Source: a virus
Taxonomy: Duplodnaviria; Caudoviricetes
Strand: one strand, 5' to 3'
Length of the DNA stretch: 43,638 nt
Virus record (IMG/VR): IMGVR_UViG_3300022897_000005
Location: 1 to 43,638 of that record
The translations under genes were made by a program, and so were the position numbers. The notes beneath the pieces were generated by a model. That model saw nothing but the letters and a program-made list of their open reading frames with translations. It made no database searches and was not told the DNA's origin. This document shows positions 1 through 9,183 of this stretch, in pieces. Position 1 is the first letter of the stretch; each line of letters opens with the position of its first letter.

Positions 1-68
1 GTCATACATGTGCTGGTCACAGCGATTCGGACATACCCCCCCACCTCGGGCGCGAATTTCACACACAG

Positions 69-362
69 TCACAGCCAATCGCGTGAGCGTGTAGCAGGCA
101 CAGTGAGTGCGTCAACACCACGCTTGCCCTTTCTTCCATTACATGATCTACACAGCACACCTAGATCACCTTGTGGGTCACCACCTGAAGCCACACTCAC
201 CACATGGTCCGCCGTGAGGTCAGCCGAGGGGTGAGCAGGGGCAAGCCAGCCAGGGCACCAGTCCCCATGCACAGCACGCCAGGCATCGACAACGGCCTTC
301 CTGCGCACGCGCTCCTGATTCGAACCGCGACCATGCAGATCGGACCGTCCTGGAACCGGCAT
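69..362 (-). CDS. HNH endonuclease (terminase-associated type)
   Basis: C-terminal part of ORF 69..737: CPGW...LTADHVVSVASGG...LGVLCRSCNGRKG. ATG at 362 overlaps the upstream TGA (TGATG). Confidence 0.85.
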   Translation of the reverse strand: MPVPGRSDLHGRGSNQERVRRKAVVDAWRAVHGDWCPGWLAPAHPSADLTADHVVSVASGGDPQGDLGVLCRSCNGRKGKRGVDALTVPATRSRDWL

Positions 363-619
363 CAGATGACCCCTTGTGCGAGACCAGCCCCACGCAGGAT
401 GTCCTCCGGAGTGGGCTGGAGCGGGAACGGCGCCGGCGGGCCAACGTGGACGGGAGCCCGATCCAGCGGCACAAGATCCCACTCCATCGGGGCCTCGTTC
501 CAGCCGCACTCCGAGCACGGCTCCCACTGACCGGGCACCCATACGCGCGTGCCGTCCATGGTGCTGGCGTCCGCGTATTCGCGATGCTGCGGCGCCCAGC
601 AGATCCGACATGCGTCCAT
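362..619 (-). CDS. Hypothetical protein with two CxxC pairs
   Basis: Translationally coupled to both neighbours; CRIC and CSEC motifs. Confidence 0.6.
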   Translation of the reverse strand: MDACRICWAPQHREYADASTMDGTRVWVPGQWEPCSECGWNEAPMEWDLVPLDRAPVHVGPPAPFPLQPTPEDILRGAGLAQGVI

Positions 620-999
620 CAGACGATCGCCTCCATGAACGGGCCCAGCGTGGTGAACCGCTGGAGCTTGTCCTTGACCACCCAGAACGTCTTCCAGACA
701 TCGCCCTCGCGCACGGCCACGGCGTAGTCACCACCACGGCTCAGGCGCACACTCCAGATCTTCTTGGGCCCGAGCGCTTTGCCGGTGATGCCGTGCGGCA
801 CCCATCCCTCGGAATAGCGCGCCTGGGTGCGCCAGCCGGCGGCCACGGCATAGGTCTGAAGACCGCTGATGGGATCAGGCTCGGCCGGCTCCTGACCATC
901 CCGCGAGGTGACCAGCGGAGCCGGGAAGATGCCGACCGTGGGCGGCTGATGGCGGACCCATTCAGCCTTCATCGGGAAGCACACGAGATAGTCATCCAT
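619..999 (-). CDS. Hypothetical protein
   Basis: Overlapping start/stop with neighbours; phage-like composition. Confidence 0.7.
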   Translation of the reverse strand: MDDYLVCFPMKAEWVRHQPPTVGIFPAPLVTSRDGQEPAEPDPISGLQTYAVAAGWRTQARYSEGWVPHGITGKALGPKKIWSVRLSRGGDYAVAVREGDVWKTFWVVKDKLQRFTTLGPFMEAIV

Positions 1000-1429
1000 T
1001 GATCAACATCCCCATCAGATCATCGTCTGTGTGGGCCTCACGCATCCGGGCCAGCACGGCCTGGGCCGGCGCCTCACGGAGGTAGGAGGCGCCGCGCTCA
1101 AAGGCCTCGGGCCGGTCCCGGAGCCAGCCCACCATGCGGTTGCATGAGGTCTCACCCGTCCGGCAGAGCAGCCCGCGCACGGCGCCGGGGTTGCCCGAGC
1201 CCATGGCATGGATGTGATCCACGGCCAACCGGCTCGGGCCTCGGCCTTTGGGGTCGTCCGGGTGCTTGCCCCGGGCCGATCGGCAGATGTAGCAACGGCC
1301 GAGCTGAGCCAGGTAAAGAGCCCGGTACTGGTCCGGAGTCAGCCCGTACTTGGTCAGCACGTCCCGGTAGAACGCGCGCCAGCTGGACGCCACCGTGGCG
1401 TCCATGCCGGCCGGTGGCGTCCAGCTCAC
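992..1429 (-). CDS. Recombination endonuclease VII-like protein
   Basis: YGLTPDQY...QLGRCYIC...LAVDHIH...VRGLLC...CNRMVG signature. Confidence 0.85.
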   Translation of the reverse strand: MSWTPPAGMDATVASSWRAFYRDVLTKYGLTPDQYRALYLAQLGRCYICRSARGKHPDDPKGRGPSRLAVDHIHAMGSGNPGAVRGLLCRTGETSCNRMVGWLRDRPEAFERGASYLREAPAQAVLARMREAHTDDDLMGMLING

Positions 1430-1746
1430 TCGGCCGGCAGCTTCACGTGCGAGCGCTTGCGCGTGGCCGAGTAGGTCTTGCCGTTCTTGGTCACCATCAC
1501 GTCCGCGTACTGCACGGTCGAGTCCAGCAACCCCTCAGCTGCCATCCGATGCAGATGGCTCATGATCGATACCTGCTTGATGCCCGTGACTTCGGCCGCA
1601 TCGTTGGCCAGCTCGGTTGCATCCTGGTAGTTCTCCCGGTCCAGTCGGTCCCAGATCAGCTGCCATGCCTGACCGACCTTGCCGCCCTTGGCCCCGATCT
1701 TGTACCGCGTGCCGGTGGGGGCAACACCGTTCGGCATGTTCGTCAT
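1426..1746 (-). CDS. Putative winged-helix DNA-binding protein
   Basis: Helical pattern (ATELANDAAEVTGIKQVSIMSHLHRMAAEGLL) followed by a beta-wing-like segment; leaderless promoter directly upstream. Confidence 0.5.
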   Translation of the reverse strand: MTNMPNGVAPTGTRYKIGAKGGKVGQAWQLIWDRLDRENYQDATELANDAAEVTGIKQVSIMSHLHRMAAEGLLDSTVQYADVMVTKNGKTYSATRKRSHVKLPAE

Positions 1747-1767
1747 AGGTCCAGTATGCCTCAGGTA

Positions 1768-2505
1768 TCAGATAGATGCAATGTCCGTACAGAGCAGGCA
1801 GTCCACAAGATCCAGCCGATCGGCGTCCATGAGCCGGTACCGCTTGATCGAATGAGCCGGCCGCTGGCACGCGGGCATGGCCCGGTTGAAGCGCGATCGC
1901 AGATGCACGTGCGCCGGCACGAGCCGTGTCCGGACCGTGGACGGCCCTGTGCGCTCGCTGGAGACGCTGGCCAGGCCGAGCCGGATGGCCTCGTTGGCCA
2001 CCGCGCTGACCGAGCGGCGCGAGCCCGAGGGTAGGACCACACCACGCTTGTCCGCCGCGCTCCAGCGGTCCAGGCTCGCCCGGGGAAAGACCAGTCCGCC
2101 GGCATCCAGATAGGCCAGCAGGCTGGCCATGTCCAGGTCCTTCACACCGTTACGAAGCTGACCGTTCACCGGGACCACAGCATCGGCCGCCGCGAACGAG
2201 CCGGCTCGGATGATCAGGTTCTCCTGGGCCCGGCTGGGCGATGAGCCGAGCACGGCCAGTCCGTGCTTGCGCGCGCACGCGGTCCGGTGCCGGGGGAGGT
2301 TACCGGTCATGGTCCCGCAGAGATCACACGCAACGGAGTTGCGGTTGGCCTTCTGGAAGCGCGGCCGGTGGACTGTCTCCATCTCATCGCGCGGTAGATC
2401 AGGATTGCCCCGAAGATCGATACATGGCTTACCGGCGGGCTGAACACAGACCGGGCACTCGATCAAAAGCGGGTCCACGTACGGAGTGGTGATGGGCATC
2501 GTCAT
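1768..2505 (-). CDS. Zinc-finger-containing phage protein
   Basis: CPVCVQPAGKPC...VHRPR phage zinc-finger pattern, plus CDLC..H...C and a C-terminal CLLC; leaderless promoter upstream. Confidence 0.65.
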   Translation of the reverse strand: MTMPITTPYVDPLLIECPVCVQPAGKPCIDLRGNPDLPRDEMETVHRPRFQKANRNSVACDLCGTMTGNLPRHRTACARKHGLAVLGSSPSRAQENLIIRAGSFAAADAVVPVNGQLRNGVKDLDMASLLAYLDAGGLVFPRASLDRWSAADKRGVVLPSGSRRSVSAVANEAIRLGLASVSSERTGPSTVRTRLVPAHVHLRSRFNRAMPACQRPAHSIKRYRLMDADRLDLVDCLLCTDIASI

Positions 2506-2523
2506 ACATCCACTATAGCATAC

Positions 2524-2760
2524 CTATGCATGAGCCGTGCTGTGGACATAGACCTTGTCACCGTCCCGGCGCTCCAGGCGATACCCTGCGGCGTATTCGG
2601 CCTTACGCGCTACATGTGCCCTATAGGGGTTGAAGATCCGATCGCCCGTCTTTGTGGACATCGTCTCCCCTTTGTCCGTTAGGTAGGCAGGCCAGCGGGT
2701 GACCGACTTGTAGGTCTGCATACCTAATGGTCCGCCTATGAACAACGCCTCATCAGTCAT
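2524..2760 (-). CDS. Hypothetical protein
   Basis: ORF between the origin candidate and the next promoter; LFIGGPLG start is common in small actinophage proteins. Confidence 0.6.
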   Translation of the reverse strand: MTDEALFIGGPLGMQTYKSVTRWPAYLTDKGETMSTKTGDRIFNPYRAHVARKAEYAAGYRLERRDGDKVYVHSTAHA

Positions 2761-2787
2761 GGACTCAAATATAGGCCCTTATTTCCA

Positions 2788-2895
2788 GAGGTGGACCTGG
2801 TGCACCTCTGGCCAGACACGCGGGAGTGAGTTTTTCATCCTCTAAAAAATAACCCACGGGCGTCAGCTTGGGCGGAGGTGCACCAGGTCCACCTC
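2788..2895. other. Candidate replication origin: 21-bp perfect inverted repeat around an AT-rich core
   Basis: GAGGTGGACCTGGTGCACCTC (2788-2808) and its reverse complement (2875-2895) flank TTTTT...AAAAAA, immediately after the primase stop codon. Confidence 0.65.
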
Positions 2896-2897
2896 GC

Positions 2898-5432
2898 CTA
2901 CCGGGTCTCCACCATCCACTTCTGCTTGCCGCCGGTCTTGCCGAGGTACCGCAGCACGTACGCGCGGCCCTCCTCGTCCGAGACCCAGCGACCGAGCCGG
3001 AACCGGAGCCAGTTGCCGAGCGCCTGCTTGCCCCGAGCCTCACCACGGGCGAGCTTGTCCAGGACCACGCCCGGGAGCCAGTCTCGATCCGCCTCGATCC
3101 AGTCACCCTCGTCCGGCTCCAGGAGGCCGGCCACGGTCCAGCTCCCCGAACCGAATCGGCCGTGCGCCCGACTCAGCACGGTCACCAGCCCATCGTCATC
3201 CCCGCCGGCCGAGGCTCGCTTGCCCGATTCCATGTCGAAGCTCCCGGGTACTCCACTGGTCGCCAGGATGCCGCCCACCACGCGCTCCCAGGACGCGAAC
3301 CCGTCCGACTGACGCCGGTCCTCCAACGGCATGCCCTGGGCTACCCAGTGCCGCACCATGACCAGCAGGGCGTGGATGAGCCGGTTGCGGTTGGACCGGA
3401 CCCAGGCCGGCAGATCCTTGATGGCGAAGTCCATCCGGGTCTCGGGGTTGGCCATGTCCGGATCGATCAAGATCGTCACTGTGCGCCGGACGAGGTCTCC
3501 GCCCAAGCTCAGGTTGTTGCCCGTCACCACCCAGGTCCGATCGTTGGTGGTGGTGATCATCCGGGTGGAGCCCAGCTCCCGGTCCTGCATCTCGCCCGTG
3601 CTGGTGAGCATGCCGGCCAGCACGCTGGACCGCAGCACGCCCGTGACGTTATCCAGGACGACCACGGGGGCCGAGGTGGTGGCCAGCAGGCTGATGGTCA
3701 TCTTGCGCCACTCGGCCTCATCCTCGGGCGTCTCCGACCGGAACACCGCTCCGTGGATCATGCCAACGGTGTCGGCCAGCAGGCTCTTGCCCGAGCCGGG
3801 CTGGTGGGCACCGATGCCGAACATCTTGTAGCTGGGCGGAGTGACCAGCCGCAGCAACGGCGTCAGGAGTAGGCCGAAGAAGTTGGCTCGGTCGTCCGGG
3901 GTGGCGAACGGGAAGCCAGCCACCATCTCCCCCAACAGCGCCACGGCGCCGGTCAGCTCAGCCTGGCTCGGCCGCTCGGGCACGGCCGGGACGTTGACCC
4001 CCTGGCCAGGGATGAACAGGTACCCGCTGGCCTTGTCGTAGCCCGGTTGATCGAGGATCGAGCCGTCCGCCCGGACCATCGGAGTGTGCGTGATCCCGCG
4101 CAAGGGTCGCAGCCCTATGGCCGCCTCGGGTGCGTTGACCACGGCCTCAGCCGCGCTGATCGGGAACATGGCCGGGACCTCGATCGAGGGCTCATCCTTC
4201 TTACCCTTGAGGATCTTGTAACAGGAGTAGAGGAACTGGATCTTGGAGGCCATAGCCCGCCCATTCACTGGCCGGATCTCCACCGGACCGTTGCTGTCCC
4301 CGTCCGGGGCCGGGACGTAGCCGAGCTCGGACACGCGCGGGGTATGTACGATCTGGCCGCCCTGGCTGAAGAACCCCGAGAGCCGGCCTACGCCCGCCTC
4401 CTGAGCCAGCCAGTAGCTCATGACGGCCGGGGATTCCACCAGCAGCCGGGGATAGCCGATGTCCGAGCGGATGGACGTGTCCACCTCGGGAGCCTTGGCC
4501 AGCACGGTCCGGGGCTCCTCCTTGCCTCGATCCAGACCCGTCTGGATCACGCTGGCCGCCGTCCAGCCCAGCCCGTTGGATCGGTTCCAGGCGTCCGAGT
4601 GGACCCCGCCGTCTTCCAGTGCGGCCAGCAGATCGGCGGCCGCGCCCTCCTCGTCCAGCCAGCCGCCGGCCACGAACCGGCCCAACACCCGGGCCGCGCC
4701 GCCAAGCACGCCGTTGATCTCGCCCGCCTTGGCCTGGCGGACAGCCTCCAGCTGACCCTGTACGGTCCGCTCGGCCGTCAGGGCGTCCATGTCCTCCGCC
4801 TCGTCCCAGACATCGCTCTCCGGAGCGTTCAGCGGGCGGGCCGTGGGCGTGGGGCGCTTGCTGGCCGTCGCCAGGTCGATGAGGGCGCGTCGCTCGGGAG
4901 AGCCCTGAGCGTGCGGAGCAACCTCGGGCACCTTGGCCCACCGGTACTCCACCGGCTGACCTTGATTCGGCCCGAACCGGCTCACCCGGACGGTGGGCGC
5001 GATGAAGATGAAGCCTCGTCCCTCGCCTCGGTCGTCCCCGGCCTGAAGGTCCACACCCTTGGCCGGCTTGCCCTTGGCCAGGTTCGTGCGGGCGATGAGG
5101 TGGTGGCTGCCGTTGGAGGGCGTGTCCGCGTTGCCGTACGACTCGGGCCAGGCGCCAGCGGCCAGCAGTTCGGCGAACCCCTCGTCTCCGCCGTTGCGCG
5201 GGTCGATGTCCAGCACATCGAAGACCACGCCGGTGACCATGGCCAGGGCCCATCCGGGCCGCCAGCGGTCCACGGCTGAGTGATTGGGCTTCCAGGTCTG
5301 CCAGGCCGACGGGTACAGGAACTCCCCGGGTCGCAGGCTATCCGGGGCGGCCGGGAATACCGGGCATCCAAGATCGACTAGCAGATGGGCTATCCGCAGA
5401 CCCTCGATCTGGCTTTCGGACATGTTGCTCAT
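2898..5432 (-). CDS. Bifunctional DNA primase/polymerase (Prim-Pol) fused to a P-loop ATPase/helicase-like domain
   Basis: N-terminal GCPVFP...TGVVFDVLDIDPRNGG...TPSNGSHH; C-terminal Walker A GSGKSLL and Walker B-like VVVLDNV. Confidence 0.85.
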   Translation of the reverse strand: MSNMSESQIEGLRIAHLLVDLGCPVFPAAPDSLRPGEFLYPSAWQTWKPNHSAVDRWRPGWALAMVTGVVFDVLDIDPRNGGDEGFAELLAAGAWPESYGNADTPSNGSHHLIARTNLAKGKPAKGVDLQAGDDRGEGRGFIFIAPTVRVSRFGPNQGQPVEYRWAKVPEVAPHAQGSPERRALIDLATASKRPTPTARPLNAPESDVWDEAEDMDALTAERTVQGQLEAVRQAKAGEINGVLGGAARVLGRFVAGGWLDEEGAAADLLAALEDGGVHSDAWNRSNGLGWTAASVIQTGLDRGKEEPRTVLAKAPEVDTSIRSDIGYPRLLVESPAVMSYWLAQEAGVGRLSGFFSQGGQIVHTPRVSELGYVPAPDGDSNGPVEIRPVNGRAMASKIQFLYSCYKILKGKKDEPSIEVPAMFPISAAEAVVNAPEAAIGLRPLRGITHTPMVRADGSILDQPGYDKASGYLFIPGQGVNVPAVPERPSQAELTGAVALLGEMVAGFPFATPDDRANFFGLLLTPLLRLVTPPSYKMFGIGAHQPGSGKSLLADTVGMIHGAVFRSETPEDEAEWRKMTISLLATTSAPVVVLDNVTGVLRSSVLAGMLTSTGEMQDRELGSTRMITTTNDRTWVVTGNNLSLGGDLVRRTVTILIDPDMANPETRMDFAIKDLPAWVRSNRNRLIHALLVMVRHWVAQGMPLEDRRQSDGFASWERVVGGILATSGVPGSFDMESGKRASAGGDDDGLVTVLSRAHGRFGSGSWTVAGLLEPDEGDWIEADRDWLPGVVLDKLARGEARGKQALGNWLRFRLGRWVSDEEGRAYVLRYLGKTGGKQKWMVETR

Positions 5433-5467
5433 GTATTCTCCTGCTCGGTTTGTCGGTTGTTCAAAGG

Positions 5468-5500
5468 AACGCCCCCGGGCTCAGCCAGCCCGGGGGCGTT
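5468..5500. terminator. GC-rich hairpin, likely intrinsic terminator
   Basis: AACGCCCCCGGGCT/AGCCCGGGGGCGTT, 14-bp stem. Confidence 0.6.
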
Positions 5501-5511
5501 TATCTTCTACC

Positions 5512-6765
5512 TCAGCGGCGGGCGATCACAACCTCCCGCTGCGCTCGGCTTACGGCTGTGTAGAGCCAGCGGCGCCCCATGTCCACGGCGGCCAGCCGGC
5601 CCATGTCCTTGCCGGCCATGGACACCACGCCCGCCGTTTGGTCCACCACGTAGACCGAGCCCCACTCGGACCCCTGGGCCTTGTGCACCGTGATCACGTT
5701 GGCGAACGTGAAGGCCCCCCGCTGACCCTGATGGGTGCGGTTGTTGCGCTTCATGTCGGCCTCGGCCTGCTGGCTGATGAAGCCGTCCGCATAGGTGTTG
5801 ATCCAGCGCGCCGGCTTGCCCGCGTCCACCTCGGCCAGCAAGAGCTTGGGCCCGAGCGGCGCCGGCTGCACCTCCTGCACGTCGAACTGCTGGCCGTTCA
5901 GGATGCCAAGATCCTTGTTGTTGGTCAGGCACATCACCCGGTCGCCCACCACCGGTTGACCCTTGGGACGCCCGAGTCGCAATCGGATGCCCTCGGTCAG
6001 GCTCCATCGGGTGGCGTTCTTCCAGACCAACACCTGGTCGGCCGCCATGGCCTCATCGAAGCTGACTGGTCGCACGTCAGCCTCGGTCAGGCCGTAGTCC
6101 CGGCGCGTGGACTGCCGGATGCGGGTAGCCAGGTCCAGCACGGCATCGCCGTTGCGCATGACCTCGGTCAGCATGGCGTCCGGCTCGGCGTCGGTGAAGT
6201 AGCCGCCGCCCTCCACGGGCGGGAGCTGGGCCGGGTCGCCGAGCACGAGGATCGGCGCGCCGAAGCTCTCGATGTCCTGGCCGACCTTGGCGTTGACCAT
6301 GGACACCTCGTCCAGCACGATCAGGCCGGCCTGGCCCCACTCGCTCTCGGGATTGAGCACGAACCCAACCGTCTTGGCTTCCCGCTCCAGGCCGGCCACT
6401 TCGGCCTCCAGCTCGGCAATGATGTCGGGGCCCTCGTTCAGGTGGTTGAGGCTGGGACTCGCCTTGGCCAGCTCCAGCTCCTCCTGGGCACGCTCCAGCT
6501 TGCGCAGGGTCTCGGCTGTGCCCACGGGCCGGTAGATGCTGGAGTGAATCGTCTGGCCGTCCACGCCCTTACGCTGGAGCACGCTGGCCGCCTTGCCCGT
6601 GTACGTGCCGAACACGGGCGTGACGCCGAGGGCCTTGGCTACCCGCGCGGCCAGGGTGGTCTTGCCGGTACCGGCGTAGCCGAAGAGCCGGAACGGCGTG
6701 AATGGATCTTTGTACCAGTCCACGATTTTGGTCATCGCGTCTGCCTGTTGGTCATTCAGCTGCAT
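5512..6765 (-). CDS. SF1B RecD/Dda-like DNA helicase
   Basis: GYAGTGKT, LDEVSMV, LGDPAQLPPV, TVHKAQGSEW and LYTAVSRA motifs. Confidence 0.9.
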   Translation of the reverse strand: MQLNDQQADAMTKIVDWYKDPFTPFRLFGYAGTGKTTLAARVAKALGVTPVFGTYTGKAASVLQRKGVDGQTIHSSIYRPVGTAETLRKLERAQEELELAKASPSLNHLNEGPDIIAELEAEVAGLEREAKTVGFVLNPESEWGQAGLIVLDEVSMVNAKVGQDIESFGAPILVLGDPAQLPPVEGGGYFTDAEPDAMLTEVMRNGDAVLDLATRIRQSTRRDYGLTEADVRPVSFDEAMAADQVLVWKNATRWSLTEGIRLRLGRPKGQPVVGDRVMCLTNNKDLGILNGQQFDVQEVQPAPLGPKLLLAEVDAGKPARWINTYADGFISQQAEADMKRNNRTHQGQRGAFTFANVITVHKAQGSEWGSVYVVDQTAGVVSMAGKDMGRLAAVDMGRRWLYTAVSRAQREVVIARR

Positions 6766-6812
6766 GTGGTCTACTATAGCAGACGAACATCCACACGAAA
6801 CCGAGGAGCCCC

Positions 6813-7625
6813 ATGCAGTACCAGGACGTTCTGATCACCCCCGGCATGGCCGCTGAATACCTGAAGGTCAATGCCGAGAACAACCGCAAGCCCAAGGCAG
6901 CCAAGGTCACCTCCTACGCCCGAGACATGAAGGAGGGCCGCTGGGTACACCCCACCGGGGAGTCCATCAAGTTCGACACCTCCGGGCGTCTGGTGGACGG
7001 CCAGAACCGGCTCATGGCCGTGATCGAGGCCGACATGCCCGCCATGTTCACCGTGTTCCGCAACGTGGCCATGGAAGCCATGCCCGTGCTGGACTCGGGC
7101 GCCGGCCGCTCCTTCGGTGACGCCATGGCCGTAGCCGGCGCGCCGAACCGATTCCACGTCGCCACCGTGGTCCGCTGGATCACGGGCTGGGACAAGGGCG
7201 TGCGGCGCGGCATCGGCGGCGGCTACAACCCGACGCATCAGGAGCTGCTGGATCGCTACGTGGCGGACTCCGACGCGTACGACACGGCCGGGGTCCGAGG
7301 CAAGGACGTGAGCAGCCAGGGGCTGGGCAATGCCGGCGCGGCGGGCGTGGCCTACTTCCTGTTCAACCGCCTGGACTCCGAGGCCACCAAGGTCTTCTTC
7401 GACCGCGTCATCTCGGGAGCCAACCTGGCCGAGGCAGAGCCCGAGTTGGTCCTGCGCAACCGGCTGAGCCGTGGGCGTAGCCGCACGGGCAAGGACAGCC
7501 GCCAGGATCAACTGGCCCTGTTCGTGCGCGCCTGGAACGCCCGGCGCGAGGATCGCACGCTGGCCAACATCGTCTCCAGCCCCACGGGAGAGTTGACCAA
7601 CGAGAACTTCCCCATCCCGCGTTAG
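6813..7625 (+). CDS. ParB-like (DGQHR-type) domain protein
   Basis: ITPGMAAEYL..N..NR...YARDM..GRW...LVDGQNRLMAV; RBS GAGGAG. Confidence 0.7.
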   Translation: MQYQDVLITPGMAAEYLKVNAENNRKPKAAKVTSYARDMKEGRWVHPTGESIKFDTSGRLVDGQNRLMAVIEADMPAMFTVFRNVAMEAMPVLDSGAGRSFGDAMAVAGAPNRFHVATVVRWITGWDKGVRRGIGGGYNPTHQELLDRYVADSDAYDTAGVRGKDVSSQGLGNAGAAGVAYFLFNRLDSEATKVFFDRVISGANLAEAEPELVLRNRLSRGRSRTGKDSRQDQLALFVRAWNARREDRTLANIVSSPTGELTNENFPIPR

Positions 7626-7643
7626 GTCTGCTATACTTGGGCT

Positions 7644-8123
7644 ATGAAGATCAAAGATCTGAAGCAGGCAGTGTTCTATCTGAGCAACACTGCTCAGAAG
7701 TGGCCATCGATCCACTACAACAGCAAGCGCATTCGGGTGGTCTTCGCCGAAGACGGAACGGTGACCCGATGGGGACGAAGCAACAGCTGGATCCGTAACT
7801 ACTGGAGCGAGTCCCCTTCCGGGGCCTATGTCCAGGTACACCGTTACCAAGAAGACGGCACGCCGATCCCGGGAACCGACTACGTCAACCTCACCTCGAT
7901 CCGAGGCGAGTGGGAGACAGCCCGCGCCCGAGAGCTGGAGCTGGAGGCTGCCGAGCGTGCGGCCGAGACGGCCCGCCAAGAAAGTCTGCAAGTCCGGCGC
8001 GCTCAGGTGAACCGACTCCAAGCCGCCGGCCTGGAGGGACGTCTGTACGGGAAAGACTTCCAGATCCGGCCCGAGGTGCTGCTGGCGTGGCTGGAGAGCC
8101 AGGGTGTCTCCGTTGCCGAGTAA
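7644..8123 (+). CDS. Hypothetical protein (leaderless)
   Basis: TGCTATACT-N6-ATG upstream; good coding pattern. Confidence 0.75.
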   Translation: MKIKDLKQAVFYLSNTAQKWPSIHYNSKRIRVVFAEDGTVTRWGRSNSWIRNYWSESPSGAYVQVHRYQEDGTPIPGTDYVNLTSIRGEWETARARELELEAAERAAETARQESLQVRRAQVNRLQAAGLEGRLYGKDFQIRPEVLLAWLESQGVSVAE

Positions 8124-8484
8124 CGCGCTGGAGCGGGCCGTCATCGCGGCGGCCCGCTCCTACTCCCGAGGCGAGATCTCTGGAGAGAAGTTCAACAACG
8201 CCGTTCGCGCCCTGGAGGCGTGGGAAGCCACGCAGCTCCCCGAGGTCATGGAGATCGGCTGGCATGAGCTGGCGGAGGGTGATGCCCTGCGCTCGGCCAA
8301 GAACGGTCGCTTCTACGAAGTCACCAACGTCCTGAAGGTGAAGGCAGGCTATGAGATCAAGCTCAACGGGGTCCCCAACAAGATCAGCCGGCCCACCCCG
8401 GCCGAGCCCACGGCATGGGTCCAGCGGGGCACGACCGGCACGGCCGTGGACACGCTGACGCACGTCTTCAGCTCGGGAGGATGA
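8104..8484 (+). CDS. Hypothetical protein
   Basis: Overlapping operon gene; start could instead be TTG at 8113. Confidence 0.7.
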   Translation: MSPLPSNALERAVIAAARSYSRGEISGEKFNNAVRALEAWEATQLPEVMEIGWHELAEGDALRSAKNGRFYEVTNVLKVKAGYEIKLNGVPNKISRPTPAEPTAWVQRGTTGTAVDTLTHVFSSGG

Positions 8485-8684
8485 GCTTCGTATCCGGCGG
8501 CATGGGCCGGCGGGGTAAGTGCGCAACCAAGCACCCGTACAAGACCCATGCCGCCGCCGAGCGCGCCGCAGACGTCCTGGAAGCCAGGGGCGTCTACCGC
8601 CCAGGGCTGGAGATCTACCCCTGCAAGGACCACTTCCATATCGGCCACGCCATGGCCAAGGACAGGAAAGGCAGACGCAAATGA
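8481..8684 (+). CDS. Small basic protein with C...YPC..HFHIGH (possible zinc binding)
   Basis: ATGA overlap at 8481, RBS GGGAGG. Confidence 0.7.
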   Translation: MSFVSGGMGRRGKCATKHPYKTHAAAERAADVLEARGVYRPGLEIYPCKDHFHIGHAMAKDRKGRRK

Positions 8685-8962
8685 TCTACACCTCAACCGG
8701 GAGAGCCATCGGGGGCTCCAGTCACGGCCGGTGGCTCACCGCGCTCAAGGACGCGCCCGTGACCGCCGTTGCCCCCGGGGGTCGGCGGGGCCGCTACCTC
8801 CCGGCCAAGATCAAACTGGAGGGCTGGAAGGTGGCCTTCCCGGTCTGGGTGCACGAGTCCATGTGGCGCGTGGGCGAGCCCATCGTTCCCGCACGGCTGC
8901 TGCCCAACTACACGGCCCCGATGCGCGAGAGCTGTCTTCTGCCCATCCGGGGACTGCGGTGA
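8681..8962 (+). CDS. Hypothetical protein
   Basis: ATGA overlap at 8681 (MIYTSTG...). Confidence 0.6.
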   Translation: MIYTSTGRAIGGSSHGRWLTALKDAPVTAVAPGGRRGRYLPAKIKLEGWKVAFPVWVHESMWRVGEPIVPARLLPNYTAPMRESCLLPIRGLR

Positions 8963-9183
8963 GCGCGCTCAACGACCGGCGCCAGCGTGCGCGTGAGGCG
9001 TACCACGACGCCACGGACCTCCCGGAAAAGTTCAGCAACCGGGGACTGGACGAGGCGATCGAGACGGCCACCCGCGTGCAGATCACGCCGGAGATGCTCG
9101 ACGCCATGAATCCGGCTGTCGGCAACCGCGAGGAACGACTCAAGGCCGCGTTCGAGGCGGCGGGATTTGAGGTCGAGTCGTGA
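8959..9183 (+). CDS. Hypothetical protein
   Basis: GTGA overlaps at both ends (MSALNDRRQ...AAGFEVES). Confidence 0.65.
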   Translation: MSALNDRRQRAREAYHDATDLPEKFSNRGLDEAIETATRVQITPEMLDAMNPAVGNREERLKAAFEAAGFEVES

